Positions 12,720-25,140 of a DNA stretch of 64,000 bases are shown here, piece by piece. The DNA comes from Eledone cirrhosa. Lineage: Eukaryota. Each line of letters opens with the position of its first letter. The stretch's first letter is position 1. The notes beneath the pieces were generated by a model that worked only from the letters and a program-made list of their open reading frames with translations, was not told the origin of the DNA and did no database searches. Both the position numbers and the translations under genes were made by a program. The DNA lies in the NCBI GenBank assembly GCA_964016885.1, contig OZ024743.1, positions 166,222,001-166,286,000 on the forward strand, read 5' to 3'.

Positions 12720-15468
12720 AACATAATTCCGTCTCCCTATGTGCACCCCAATCCAGATTACCAGACGTTACTAAAGACAGGTTCTATGAGTCTCTAATGC
12801 TCACTATCTCCCAGATACCCAACAGTGACTATATAATTATTGCTGGAGACCTTAATGGTCATGTTGGACAACATTGTGATGGTTATGATGGTGTCCATGG
12901 AGGTTATGGGTTTGGTACTAGAAATGAGGAAGGCTTCAGGATCCTGGAATTCTGTGATGCAAATGATGACCTGACTGTCTGCAACACAAACTTCAACAAT
13001 AAACGTGACAGTCATTTGATCACATATAGATCAGGGGAGCATACCAGCCAGATAGATTTTATCCTTACTAGGAAACGAGACAAAGTGTCTGTTTTGAACA
13101 TTCAGTCCCTTCCTCATGAAGAATGCGCCTCCCAACATAACTTAATAGTTAGTGACCTCATAGTCAGGGCCAGACGTAATTGCCGGCAGAGGAATACCTA
13201 AAGGAGAAGATTATGGAAGTTGAAGAACCCCACAATTCAAAGGCATATTAATTCATGCTTTTGACAGTAAGGAAGAGCAATTAGAGACATACAATATAGA
13301 GGAACAATGGGAATTCTTGAAAGTTAACCTGTTGAAGGTGACTGATGAAATCTGTGGCTGGTGCAGACCGTTAGGAAGGGGGAGAGTGACATGGTGGTGG
13401 AACAGTAAGGTGGAAGAGTTCATTAAAGGCAAAAATCAGGCATGGAAAGAATGGCAGGATGGGGGTAGTAGAGAACTCTATCGGGTAGCTACGAAGTGTC
13501 ACTACGAGAGACTACTGAATGTAGAGAATGAATGGAATAAAGATAGTCTCCCCCACATCGATCCAATAGAAGGACCAGCTGTGCAAGTTAATGGTAGTGT
13601 AGTAAGTAAGGCAATCAAAAATATCAAGACAGGCAAGGCAGCTGGGCATTCGGAGATAGTTGCTGAAATGTTGAAGGTATCTAGAATGGTGGGACATACT
13701 ATGGTCACCCGGATAGTAAACCAGGTAATACAGAATGGGGTCATACCAAATGATTGGGGTAGCAGCATCATCATCAACTGTTACAAGGGCAAAGGAGACG
13801 CCCTGGATAGAGGAAACAATAGGGGCATTACATTAGTTGACCAAGTCACGAAAGTCACAGAAAGAGTTATTACTCAACTGATTAGAGACCAAATTGATCT
13901 AGATAAAATGCAGTTTGGGTTTGTGCCAGGTAAAAGTACCACAGGTGTTCTTTTCCTTGTATGTCAATTACAGGAGGAGTACCTAGCTAACAGAAAACCC
14001 TCTACTTAGCTTTTGTTGACCTGGAGAAGGCCTTTGACAGAGTCTGGTGGGCTCTTAGAAAACTAGGAGTGGAAGCTATACAAGCCATGTATAGAGGAAC
14101 AGTCAGCAAGGTTAGAATTAACAATGATTATAGTGATGAATTTAATGTAATAGTAGGGGTTCATCAAGGCTCCGTCCTTAGCCCCCTCCTATTTATTATT
14201 GTCCTACAGGCTATAACAGAAGGGTTTAAGACTAACTATCATAGCTGAATCCATGGCTGAACTAGAGAGGAAGTTCCAAACCTGGAAGCATGGCCTTGAA
14301 TCAAAAGGCCTTAGAGTCAACTTGTCTAAGACTAAGGTTCTAGTATGTAGAAAGGAGACTAGGGCACAGGTACCCTCTGGGAAATGGCCATGCTCAGTGT
14401 GTAAGAAAGGAGTAGGGAGAAATTACATTCTATGTTCCAAATGCAAACTATGGGTACATAAAAAATGTAGTGGGATCACAGGTAAGCTATCTAAGAACAA
14501 AGAATTTATATGTGGCTGATGCTCAGGTGCAATAAGTAGCAAGGATGCACTGGATGCTATCTCCTTCAACTGCCCAGATGGTTCTATAGAAATAGTGGAC
14601 ACTTTCCGTTACCTGGGTGACAAAATCAGCAGTGGAGGAGGGTGCTCTGAAAGTGTAGTAGCCAGAGTTAGAGCGGGATGGAAAAAGTTCAGAGAGCTAA
14701 TACCACCATTGGCCACAAGGGGTTTTTCTCTAAAAATGAAAGGCAGATTGTATGATGCATGTATATGAACGGCGATATTACATGGTAGTGAGACTTGGGC
14801 ATTGTGTGCTGAAGACTTGCGTAGATTAGAAAGAAATGAAGCTTGTATGCTCCAATGGATATGTAATAGTAATGTGCGCAAAAGGCGAAGTATAAACAAA
14901 TTAAGAGAGAGACTAAGCATAAGAGGTATCAAATATTGTGTTCTGGAGAGGAGATTGCGTTGATATGGACATGTGATGCGTATGAAGGACGACGGCTGTA
15001 TAAAAAAGTGCAGGGCAGTGAAAATTGATGCAAGCTACAGAGTGGGTAGACCAAGAAAAACCTGGGATGAGGTGATAAGAACACCTCTCTAAGACAATGA
15101 CACTGGATCGAGACCTTTGGCGCTATGCAGTTTTACAGGAGACCCGACTGCCATTGCATACAAACCTAGTCAGTAGGCACCTCTTAACCAAATATACACC
15201 AACCCACTACCCCATCCTCCCGTTACCGTTTCGTCCACTGTGTCGATGACACAACAGTCCACACTGTAAGGTGGCTGTGTAGGAGACATGGTAAAAAGGC
15301 TCCCAGTCCACACTGTAAATGTGGTTGGTGTTAGGAAGGGCATCCAGCTGGAAAACACTTGCCAGAGACACGGTCTCCCGACCATTCCCCATCAAATGTA
15401 ACAAAACCGTCTAAGCCATGCTAGCGTGGAAGATGGGCATTAAACGATGATGATGATGATGATGATGA
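12720..15468 (+). mobile_element. RTE LINE family A, 5'-truncated and degenerate, with (GAT)n tail
   Basis: APE motifs AGDLNGHVG and SQIDFIL, RT region QFGFVPGKST, Cys-rich insert, and (GAT)n at 15446-15469. Confidence 0.9.
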
Positions 15469-16145
15469 TATCATCATCCTTTTTACGTCCACTTTTCCAT
15501 GCTTGCATGGGAAAGTGTAAAATAAATAAATTAGTAAAAGTACATCTTAACTCTTTTGATACACAACCTGAAACTGCCCCTAGTTCTGATACAAGCTGTT
15601 TGTTTTAAGGTATGTATATTTACCTATAAGAACTTTGGTTAAGTTATGTTTCTAACTGCTGATGAATAATATAAATAATGATAAAGTTCTTCTTCACTCA
15701 CTTATTCATGAGGGTCGTGGAGGCAGAGTCCTCAAACACTCCTTCCAGCAGGCCCTGTCAGAAGCAACCATCTCCAACTGAATCCCCAAGCGAGACCAGC
15801 TGAGCTCATAGATGTTATCCAACCATCTTGCTCAGGGTCTACCCTTGAGTCACCTGCCAGTTGGTTTTGCCCATAAAAATCTGTCCAGCAAATCTTTCCT
15901 GAGACATTTTGACCACATGCCCTTAGTACCAGAGCTGTGATCTCTCAATTCAGAGAAGTAGCAGCTCTACCTGAAGCAGCTCTCTGATTTCAGAGCTACG
16001 CACTCTATTAAGTAACTTTACTCCAAGGACCCTTTGTGTAATATAACTTGATCATTACCTTCAGCATTCGGTAATGATAAAGTTATATTACTGAATTCTG
16101 AATTATTTAATACATTATTGAACATCTTATCTTTCATTAGATATA

Positions 16146-16870
16146 CTAGCAGAAAAACCACCCTTCGAGTGGTTTTCTGCTAGCATGTGTAGTGTATATA
16201 TTGATATTATACGTAAGTATATATACATGTAGATATGATACATCAAATAAAATCGTAATTGATAATATAAACAGAAATTGAACGAAGACATTGTTACACT
16301 GTCTTATGTAATCAGTAACGTAATCCATGATACATTAAAAAAAGACGATATCATATATAAACTGTATTAGGAGAAAATTAGTGACAGAAAATTAGTATGT
16401 TTATTTAAGTGATCGGCACCGGAAGTGTTGACATCACACAATCTCTCTTTCTATATATATGGTAGTTGAAGTGGTGGTGGTAACGATATACCAGAAGTGC
16501 AACTTTGAAAAGAAGTCAATTTTAAATTATTTATTTTTACGAAATTATTTTTGTTTACGAAATTTAGTAGATAAATTATGTAATATTCATTCATTATTCG
16601 CAGTATCGGTAGAGGGTCAGACACCATGCCTTGCAGCATAGAGTTACGGCCCTTTATGGTCTGATTTCAAATCCCGCCGAGGTTAACTTTGCCTTTCATC
16701 CTTACGGGGTCGATAAAATAAAGTACCAGTAATACACTGTGATAATTGCTGGCCTTGTGCCAAAAGTAGAAACAATTATTTATTCAAAGTAATACAACTT
16801 ATTTTACTAACGGGATAAAAAAAAATAAACCGTACGCAGTCCCGCAGACCTTCCTTTATTATAGTTTAGA
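16146..16870 (-). mobile_element. Non-autonomous Helitron-like element containing a SINE (16599-16780)
   Basis: 5' TC(TAAACTATAATAAA), 3' hairpin plus CTAG; a second copy lies at 56038-56581. Confidence 0.75.
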
Positions 16871-17106
16871 TTGTAATGAAAAGATTAAATGAAATATGTT
16901 CTGGTGTGTGCTTGCATATGTGTGTGTGGGGAGGACAACAAGGGAGTTTCCTTGTGATTACTTGACCATATATATATCCAACCCATACTAGTAGGGAAAA
17001 ATGGAGGTAAAACAATGATGATGATAATATATATATTCTGTCTTGGAAAATTTTTTTGTCTAGCCCAAGCCAGCATGGAAAATGGATGCAAAACAGTGAT
17101 GATGAA

Positions 17107-18040
17107 TACTCTTGGGTCTCAAATAATCATCCCCCGCACCCGCTCACTGCTTATTTGTTTTTTAGGCACACCCGCCACCACACTCTTATTCTCACCTCCT
17201 ACATATTAAATCTTACTAATCTATCTCTGGTGAAGTTTTATTTTAAGTGGTAACATTCCTGTGACAATTTTTTTTAGACATTAAAAAAAACATTATAAAT
17301 GACAAAAAAAGAACATTACAAGAAATCCCATACGTTATAAAATAAATAGGATAGATTGAAGTTTCAATATTTATATATATAAAACTGAGGATGTCTGTGT
17401 GTGTGTGTGTGAGTTTGAATCCCTAAAACTAGAGAACCACCCAACCAACTATTTTCAAACTTTACACATGTAATACTATGTTTCAGGGAGTGTTCTGAGC
17501 AAAAACATTTTCAAATGTTCAATGCCATAGGGACCGCATTAGGCGATTTAGCGATCTCTCTCTATAATTCTTAGTCTTTCTCTTTTAGATAGATACATAC
17601 ATATAATGTTGCGTCCTTATAATATCTGTCTGTATGTCTGATGTCTGCATTACGTCACTTCCTACAATTCGCTCTGGGTCCAGAATGCGCCCTTATAATA
17701 TCTGTCTGTATGTCTGGCTGTCTGCTGCCTCTGGTTATTCTGCCACCCTTGCTCATTCCCCAAACAGTTGGTAAGTGCACACAACTTCTTCCTCACGTTT
17801 AAGCCACAGTGTTACTTACTTACGTACCACCAGACCCTTACTTCTTTGCCAGCCGTGGTTGTGGCAATACTAAGCTTAGCTAAGGCAGTTATATATTTCA
17901 CAAAACCTTATCCTGTGCAACGCCAGGTACCACTGTTAGTTTAAAATAAATGACTAATTCTGTTTTTTTTTTTAAATCAAGGGGGACAAGACAGAAAAAT
18001 TATCGATTCCTCACACCCCTATTTTGGGGACCCGAGAATA
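17107..18040. mobile_element. TIR MITE with nested Helitron-like element (~17370-17939); related copies at ~22070-22290 and ~62528-62765
   Basis: TIRs TACTCTTGGGTCTCAAATA and TATTTTGGGGACCCGAGAATA; the 62.5-kb copy lacks the Helitron. Confidence 0.65.
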
Positions 18041-18104
18041 TATATATATATATATATATATTAAAATATAAGTATTAATAAAATAGATGTTCTTTTGATC
18101 AATT

Positions 18105-18161
18105 ACATTTTATTATACATATTTCGGATGTGCAACAGTACGTCCTCATCAGACAAAATAT
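18105..18161 (-). ncRNA. Type-I hammerhead ribozyme, left arm of palindrome
   Basis: Reverse-complement copy: CTGATGA GGACGTAC TGTT GCACATCC GAAA. Confidence 0.75.
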
Positions 18162-18240
18162 AATGATACATGACATACCCTGAGATGATAAATGGTTAAG
18201 ATTTAATCATTTAACATCTCAGGGTATGTCATGTATCATT

Positions 18241-18297
18241 ATATTTTGTCTGATGAGGACGTACTGTTGTACATCTGAAATATGTATAATAAAATGT
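18241..18297 (+). ncRNA. Type-I hammerhead ribozyme, right arm of palindrome
   Basis: ATATTTTGT-CTGATGA-GGACGTAC tgtt GTACATCT-GAAA-TATGTATA/ATAAAATGT, with a 9-bp stem I and an AUA cleavage site. Confidence 0.8.
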
Positions 18298-18436
18298 AAT
18301 TGATCAAAAGAACATCTATTTTATTAATACTTATATTTTAATATTAATTAACTCCAGAAAATTATTTTTCCGTTGAGTGCTTCCAATCTACTGTAAAACT
18401 CATTCTTTGACATAATCATTGAATATTGTTTAACAC

Positions 18437-18518
<82 letters not shown>

Positions 18519-18520
<2 letters not shown>

Positions 18521-21420
18521 TAGAAACGAGGAAGGCTCCAGAATCCTGGAATTCTGTGATGCAAACAACCTAACTATCTGTAACACTAACTTCAAAAAAC
18601 GAGACAATCACTTGATCACCTACAGATCAGGAGAACATACCAGCCAGGTAGATTATATCCTTACCAGAAGACGTGACAGAGTGTCTGTTGTAAACACTAA
18701 ATCCCTCCCCCATGAAGAATGCACCTCCCAACATAGACTGATAATTAGCGACCTCATAGTCAGGACGAGACGTACTAGACAGCAGAAGAGGACTATCCTC
18801 AGGAGAAAAATATGGAAGCTAAAGGTTCCCACAGCCAGAAATAAATTTCAAAGCATATTACTTGATGCTTTCGACAGTAAGGAAGAGCAATTAGAGTCGT
18901 ACAAGGTAGAGGAACAGTGGGAATTCCTGAAAGCAAACCTGCTGATGGCGGCAGACGAAGTCTGTGGCTGGAGCAGGCCTGTAGGCAGGAGGAGAGTAAC
19001 ATGGTGGTGGAACAGTAAGGTGGCGGGGTCAATCAAGGCCAAAAAGCAGGCTTGGAAAGTGGCCAGGAGGGAAGCTAGGAGACAAGTGTACTTCGCAAGA
19101 AGGGAAGCAGAGGAAAGAAAGTTCAAGCATGTTCTACAACACGAGGACCAAAAACGTGAGGTGTTCAGGATTGCTAGGCAATGTGTCAAGGAAAACCGTG
19201 ATATTGTCGGGGAGAAGTGTGTACTTAACGATGATGGCGTACTTGCCATCACTGACGCTGATAAGAAGGTAGCTTGGAAGTGTCACTACGAAAGGCTACT
19301 AAATGAGGAGAATAAATGGGAGAAAGACAGTCTCCCCCACATCGACCCAATAGAGGGACCAGCAGTGTTAGTCGAAGGTAGTATAATAAGTAAGGCAATC
19401 AAAGATATGAAGACGGGTAAGGCGGCTGGGCCTTCGGAAATAGTTGCTGAGATGCTGAAAGCCTCTGGTACGGTGGGACACACCATGGTCACCCGGATAG
19501 TAAACCAAGTCATACAGAATGGGGTTGTTCCGAAGGACTGGCGTAGCAGCATCATCGTTAACTGTTACAGGGTAAAGGAGACGCCATAGACAGGAGTAAC
19601 TATAGAGGCATTAAATTAATCGAACAGGTCATGAAGGTCACGGAAAAAGTAATAGCGCAACTAATCAGAGAGAGAATTGATCTAGATGAAATGCAGTTCG
19701 GGTTTGTGTCAGGCAAAAGTACCACAGACGCTCTTTTCATTGTACGACAACTACAGGAGAAGTACCTAGCTAAAAGTAAACCCCTATACTTAGCTTTTGT
19801 CGACTTGGAGAAAGCCTTCGACAGAGTCCCCCGTTCCATTATCTGGTGGGCTCTTAGAAAACTAGGTGTTGACGAATGGCTTGTGAGAGCTATACAAGCC
19901 ATGTATAAAGAAACAGTCAGCAAGGTTAGAATTAACAACGAATATAGTGAAGAGTTTAGCGTAAAAGTTGGTGTCCATCAGGGCTCTGTTCTTAGCCCCC
20001 TACTATTTATTATTTCCCTTCAGGCTATAACAGAGGAGTTCAAGACCGGCTGCCCATGGGAACTCCTATACGCAGATGATCTAACGCTCATAGCTGAATC
20101 AATGGCCGAGCTAGAGAAGAAATTCCAAACATGGAAGCACGGCCTAGAATCAAAAGGCCTTAAAATTAACCTGGCTAAGACTAAAGTTCTAGTTTGTAGG
20201 AAAGAAAATAAGGCGCCGGTCCCTTCCGGGAAATGGCCATGCTCAGTGTGTAGGAAAGGCGTAGGTAGAAACTCCATTTTATGTCCCAAATGCAAAGTAT
20301 GGGTGCATAAAAGATGTAGTGGGATCACAGGTAAGCTAACTAAGAACATAGATTTCACATGTGGCCAGTGCTCTGGTGCAATAAGTAGCAGCAAGTGCCC
20401 ACAGAATACTAGCTCTTTCAATTGCGCAGAGGGTTCTATAGAAATAGTGGACAGCTTCCGTTACCTGGGTGACAAAATCAGCAGTGGGGGAGGGTGCTCT
20501 GAAAGTACAGTAGCTAGAGTCAGAACTGGATGAAAAAAATTCAGAGAGCTTATACCACTATTAGCCGCTAAAGGGTTCTCCCTAAAAATGAAAGGCAGGT
20601 TGTATGATGCCTGCATACGAACAGCAATGTTGCATGGCAGTGAGACCTGGGCATTGTGTGCAGAGTATATACGCAGACTAGAGAGGAACGAAGCTTGCAT
20701 GCTCCGCTGGATGTGTAATAGTAATATACGTGAACAGCAAAGCATAAACGAACTAAGGAAAAAATTAGAAATAAGAGGGATCAGATGTTGTTTACTCGAG
20801 AGAAGGCTACGTTGGTATGGTCACGTGATGCGCATGAAAGACGACAGCTGTATAACAAAGTGCAGGGCAATAAAGATAGATGGTAGCCACGGAGTAGGCA
20901 GACCCAGAAAAACCTGGGACGAGCTGATAAATTCCGACCTCACACGCTTACACCTCTCCAAGACAATGTCACTGGACCGAGACCTTTGGCGGTACTCAGT
21001 AACAGAGAAGACCCGCCTTACCTAAATACAAAGTAAAACCTACTACAGTCAGTAGGCATCTCTAACAAAATACACCCCCGTCCCACCACCCCCACCTCAT
21101 CCACACCGCCCCTTTCAATGCAAAGTTATGTTGGTGCCACAACATCCAGGCCGAAACAAATGAGATCGTGTAGGTGTCACGACAAAAAACACACAGTCCA
21201 TGCTGTAATGTGGCCGTGTAGGCAACACGGTAAAAACCTCCCAGCCCTACACTGTAAATGTGGTTGGTGTTAGGAAGGGCATCCAGCTGTAAAAAACCCG
21301 CCAGACAGTCCTATGCGAGCAAGACAACCACTCTTGCCTCAAGTGGGAAAACCCCCGTCCAAACCCATGCAAGCGTGGAACATGGACGTTAAACGATGAT
21401 GATAATGATGATGATGATAT
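18519..21420 (+). mobile_element. Young RTE LINE family A, 5'-truncated, abutting (TA)n
   Basis: ORF pieces 18519-19570, 19570-20533 and 20534-21025 carry APE, RT (LYADD) and a PHD-like finger. One frameshift near 19568, TGG>TGA at 20531, (GAT)n tail. Confidence 0.95.
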
Positions 21421-22449
21421 GTAAAAATCCAAGCCAAATTTACAGTCCCATCAGAACAAGGTACGGCATGGCCAATTCTGGCCAGACTTGGACAGCCTGT
21501 CTAACCCATGTAAACATGGAAAATGAATGTTAGACAGTGATTATGATGAATCTATATGAATGTGTACTAGTGTTAAGGGGAATCACACTATTTACAAACT
21601 GTTGTTTAAATATAACAACAGACATGTCATATAATCTATGTAGCAGTGTTACCTAATTATAAATGTTCACCAGTACAACTGATTGCAAGATATATTTAGA
21701 ATAATAAGTACAGCTGTATGTTAAGCTCATTTGTAACAAGTACAATACATGTATATTTAGAAAAAAGTTTGTAAAGTGGAGGAAACATGGCACAAAAATA
21801 ATATAATAGATAACAATACAGATAGGAACAATTCTAAATATGAAATATTGATCCTTTTTATACCAAATCACCTAAAACTGCCTCCAGTTTTGCAATACAA
21901 AACTTTGTTTTAACGCTTTCTCTGCCATATTTCTAGTGAGAGGCACTGCCAGTGATTTTCAAATAATTATAAAAATAATCAGGAATTTGAAGGAATTTAG
22001 TAATATAACTAACTTTCTCATTATTAAAGTTCCTCCACCTTGGTCCAACATCACTGCCTTGTTGTCAAATGGGATATCTTGTAATGTTCTTTTTTTGTCA
22101 TTTATAATGTTTTTTTAATGTCTAAAATAAATTGTCACAGGAATGTTACCAATTAAAATAAAACTTCACCCGAGATAGATTAGTAAGATTTAATAAGTAG
22201 GGGGTTGGAATAAGAGTGTGGTGGTGGGTGTGCCTAAAAAACAAATAAGCAGGGAGCGGGGAAGATGATTATTTGAGACCCGAGAGTATTCATCATCACT
22301 GTTTTGCATCCATTTTCCATGCTGGCTTGGGCTAGACAAAAAAATTTTCAAAGACAAAATATATATATTATCATCATCATTGTTTTACCTCTGTTTTCCT
22401 CTAATTACAACTCCTTGAAATGGGTTCCAAAGGACTAACTTTGTTCAGG

Positions 22450-23230
22450 ATGTCACACACAATGATAAGATATGTAGAGTGGTCTTTGCCTGATCTTTTC
22501 AGTCTTTTGGCAGGTCTCCATAAAGGCATTTATTTGTCATATATTGCTGCCATTTCACATTAAGGGCCCTTCGTAGTATCCTTGTGTAGCAGCCATCTAG
22601 ACCACTTGTTAACTTCTCAGTCAGTGCCTATGTTTCACTGCCATGCAAAAATATGGATTCAACAGTTTCATTTTGATTCTTTGAGGCAACTTGGAGTGCC
22701 AGAATTTCTTCAGTTTGTGATAGGCTATCCATGCTTACACCCTCATCTTCTTGATATCTGCTTCAGAAATGTTCACCCAACTACCTAAGTGCTAAAGTCT
22801 TCAACAACATTCAATTTGGAACCACTCAATGAGAACAGTTCAGTGTTACTTGATCGGTTGAAGGACATATATTCAGTTTTCTTGACAATTGTATGCAGTC
22901 CAATTTTAGCAGATGTTTCTACACTTTTTAGCAGCTCTTGTGCTTGATTGATTTCACCAGACAACACTAAATCATGAGCAATGTCCATGTCTTTGATGGT
23001 TACTGCTGGTACTCTCTGGGATCTCTGCCGGTCAATAGTGAAACCATGGCTTTCTTGCCTATTTTCTATAGCCTGTCACATTGCATAATCCAAGACAATG
23101 GCAAACAGATAAGGCACAAGAGTATCTCCTTTTAACACCCCAGCCACAATTCAGAAGAATTCTGTTTCTCCATTAGGTGACAACATACAAGCTCTGGTTC
23201 CTTCATAGGTCTTTGCAATGGCAAGAACAC
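22450..23230 (-). mobile_element. RTE/RTE-X-like LINE RT remnant
   Basis: GVLKGDTLVPYLFAIVLDYAM and QAQELLKSVETSAKIGL. Confidence 0.75.
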
Positions 23231-24819
23231 TTTAATAACTTTAAAATAAGCAATTCTGTATCAAAGAACCAGGGCCAGTTTCAGGTGATTTGCTATCAAA
23301 AGGGTTATATTTACTCATGGTGCACTTAAAAAACAAGTAAATATATTTGGGCACACTTTGTACCTAAATTCAAAAATTAATTCAAAAGAGGTATTATACA
23401 TATTAATTAAATCAAAAGAGGTATTATACATATTATACATATTAGCACAGCGTGAAGTAGAACTATAGGCAATTAAAAATACAGAAAAATATATTTGGTT
23501 TATGCATTTGTTTTGTAAAATGGAGTAAATGAGTTAAGACCAAATATCATCGAGGAGGTCTCAAAATGTGTCATGAAAGAGCGTTGAACTAATTAAAAAT
23601 AAAGCTGAAGTGAAAATCAAATAGTGTATGCGTTTTTATTGGCAAATTTAATATATATTTGTGAAATGGGTGGTGGTTGAAATTCAGATGTGCATGGTTA
23701 AATGGTAGTAGACGTGGTCACTGACATGAAAATTTACACACCTACGTAAAAAGTGCCAAGGAAGCAGGTTTCAAATCTCTAACTTGAAGAATGTCGTCCC
23801 TGGGGCCCCAAAACTATCGCGTTCGGTGAGTTATTTCCCCCCGTTCTAATACTTTTGTCTTATTTACAATTTCATACAAATAAAGCAGTAAATAAAGGAT
23901 TATGAGTTCATGCAATTGACATGTTTCGTCACTATATATATATATATCTAATATATATAAAATGAAAACGCTTTAATAAAAAAAAATATCAACTGTAATG
24001 TATGTATGCATGTATTTATGTGTTTATATGAGCGGGGATATGCAAGTAAATCTTAATTTGTGGACAGCTTATCCTTAGCATAATATTCATGCTAGAACAG
24101 CATATATTTGAAAGTTTTCAGGGAGTTGAACTACTGATTTTGGATCGGCAGCTTTAACTTTGAAAAAATGAAATGTGCAGTGTAAACATTTTTTATTATT
24201 CCTCCGGGGATGAATCTTCTCTGCATTTTTCCATCTCTTTCTTTCTCTCTAGAAGAAATCAGCCGTACTAAGACCTAAAAAAATGGTTAGATACACCATG
24301 GCGCACCGTGCATCACGGTGGAGTTGAAAAGCAGACTTAGAACATGGCGCTGTGTGGGGGTGGCTCGCAGCCCAGTGTTCCAGGAGGAGAAGGAGGATGA
24401 GAAGGAGAAGAAGAAGAAGAAGAAATGAGCTGGAGTCCTATCAAATATGTAGGTTGTGTCTTAAATTGAAGGTTTAGTAGAAACAATTCATGTATAGTTT
24501 TGTACTTTTCATTTTGTCATCATAATCTATAAAGCTCAGTGTGTGGTCATGCTCCTTCGTTATAGAAATCTACGATATAGAATTTCTTCAATTGAAATTT
24601 ACAATTCAGTATTCGAAATAGTTTCGACTGCGTCTTGACGCAGATAATTTTTTCAATTTCACCCACAATTACGCAAAAAATAGATAAAACTCAATATTTT
24701 ACGATTTTTCTCTCTCATTTAAACTGCTGAACTCTTTCTACTACCACTCAAAATCTATACAACTTCATACTTTCTGCTACTTTCTCTTTCCAAGCTTGAT
24801 GGTGATACTGTCCGTTCAC

Positions 24820-25140
24820 ACCACTCCCTACTGTCTTAAATTTAGACAACAGATATCCTCTGAGGTTACTAAACCTGCTAGAAACAGCAGCTAACTCTCC
24901 CCCATATCACACCCCTCCCCACACCACTCCCTACTGTCTTAAATTTAGAAAACACATATCCTCTATGAGGTTACTAAACCTGCTAGAAACAGCAGCTAAC
25001 TCTCCCCCATATCACACCACTCCCTACTGTCTTAAATTTAGAAAACACATCCTCTATGAGGTCACTAAACCTGCTAGAAACAACAGCTAACTCTCCCTCA
25101 TATCACAACCCTCCCTACTGTCTTAAATTTAGAAAACACA
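24820..25140 (+). repeat. Tandem repeat, ~85-bp unit, about 4 copies
   Basis: Recurrent ctccctactgtcttaaatttaga...ctaaacctgctagaaacagcagctaactctcc. Confidence 0.9.

Noticed and set aside
18426-19589. 387-aa ORF as a host gene
   Set aside because: Its N-terminus is (TA)n and the rest is RTE ORF2.
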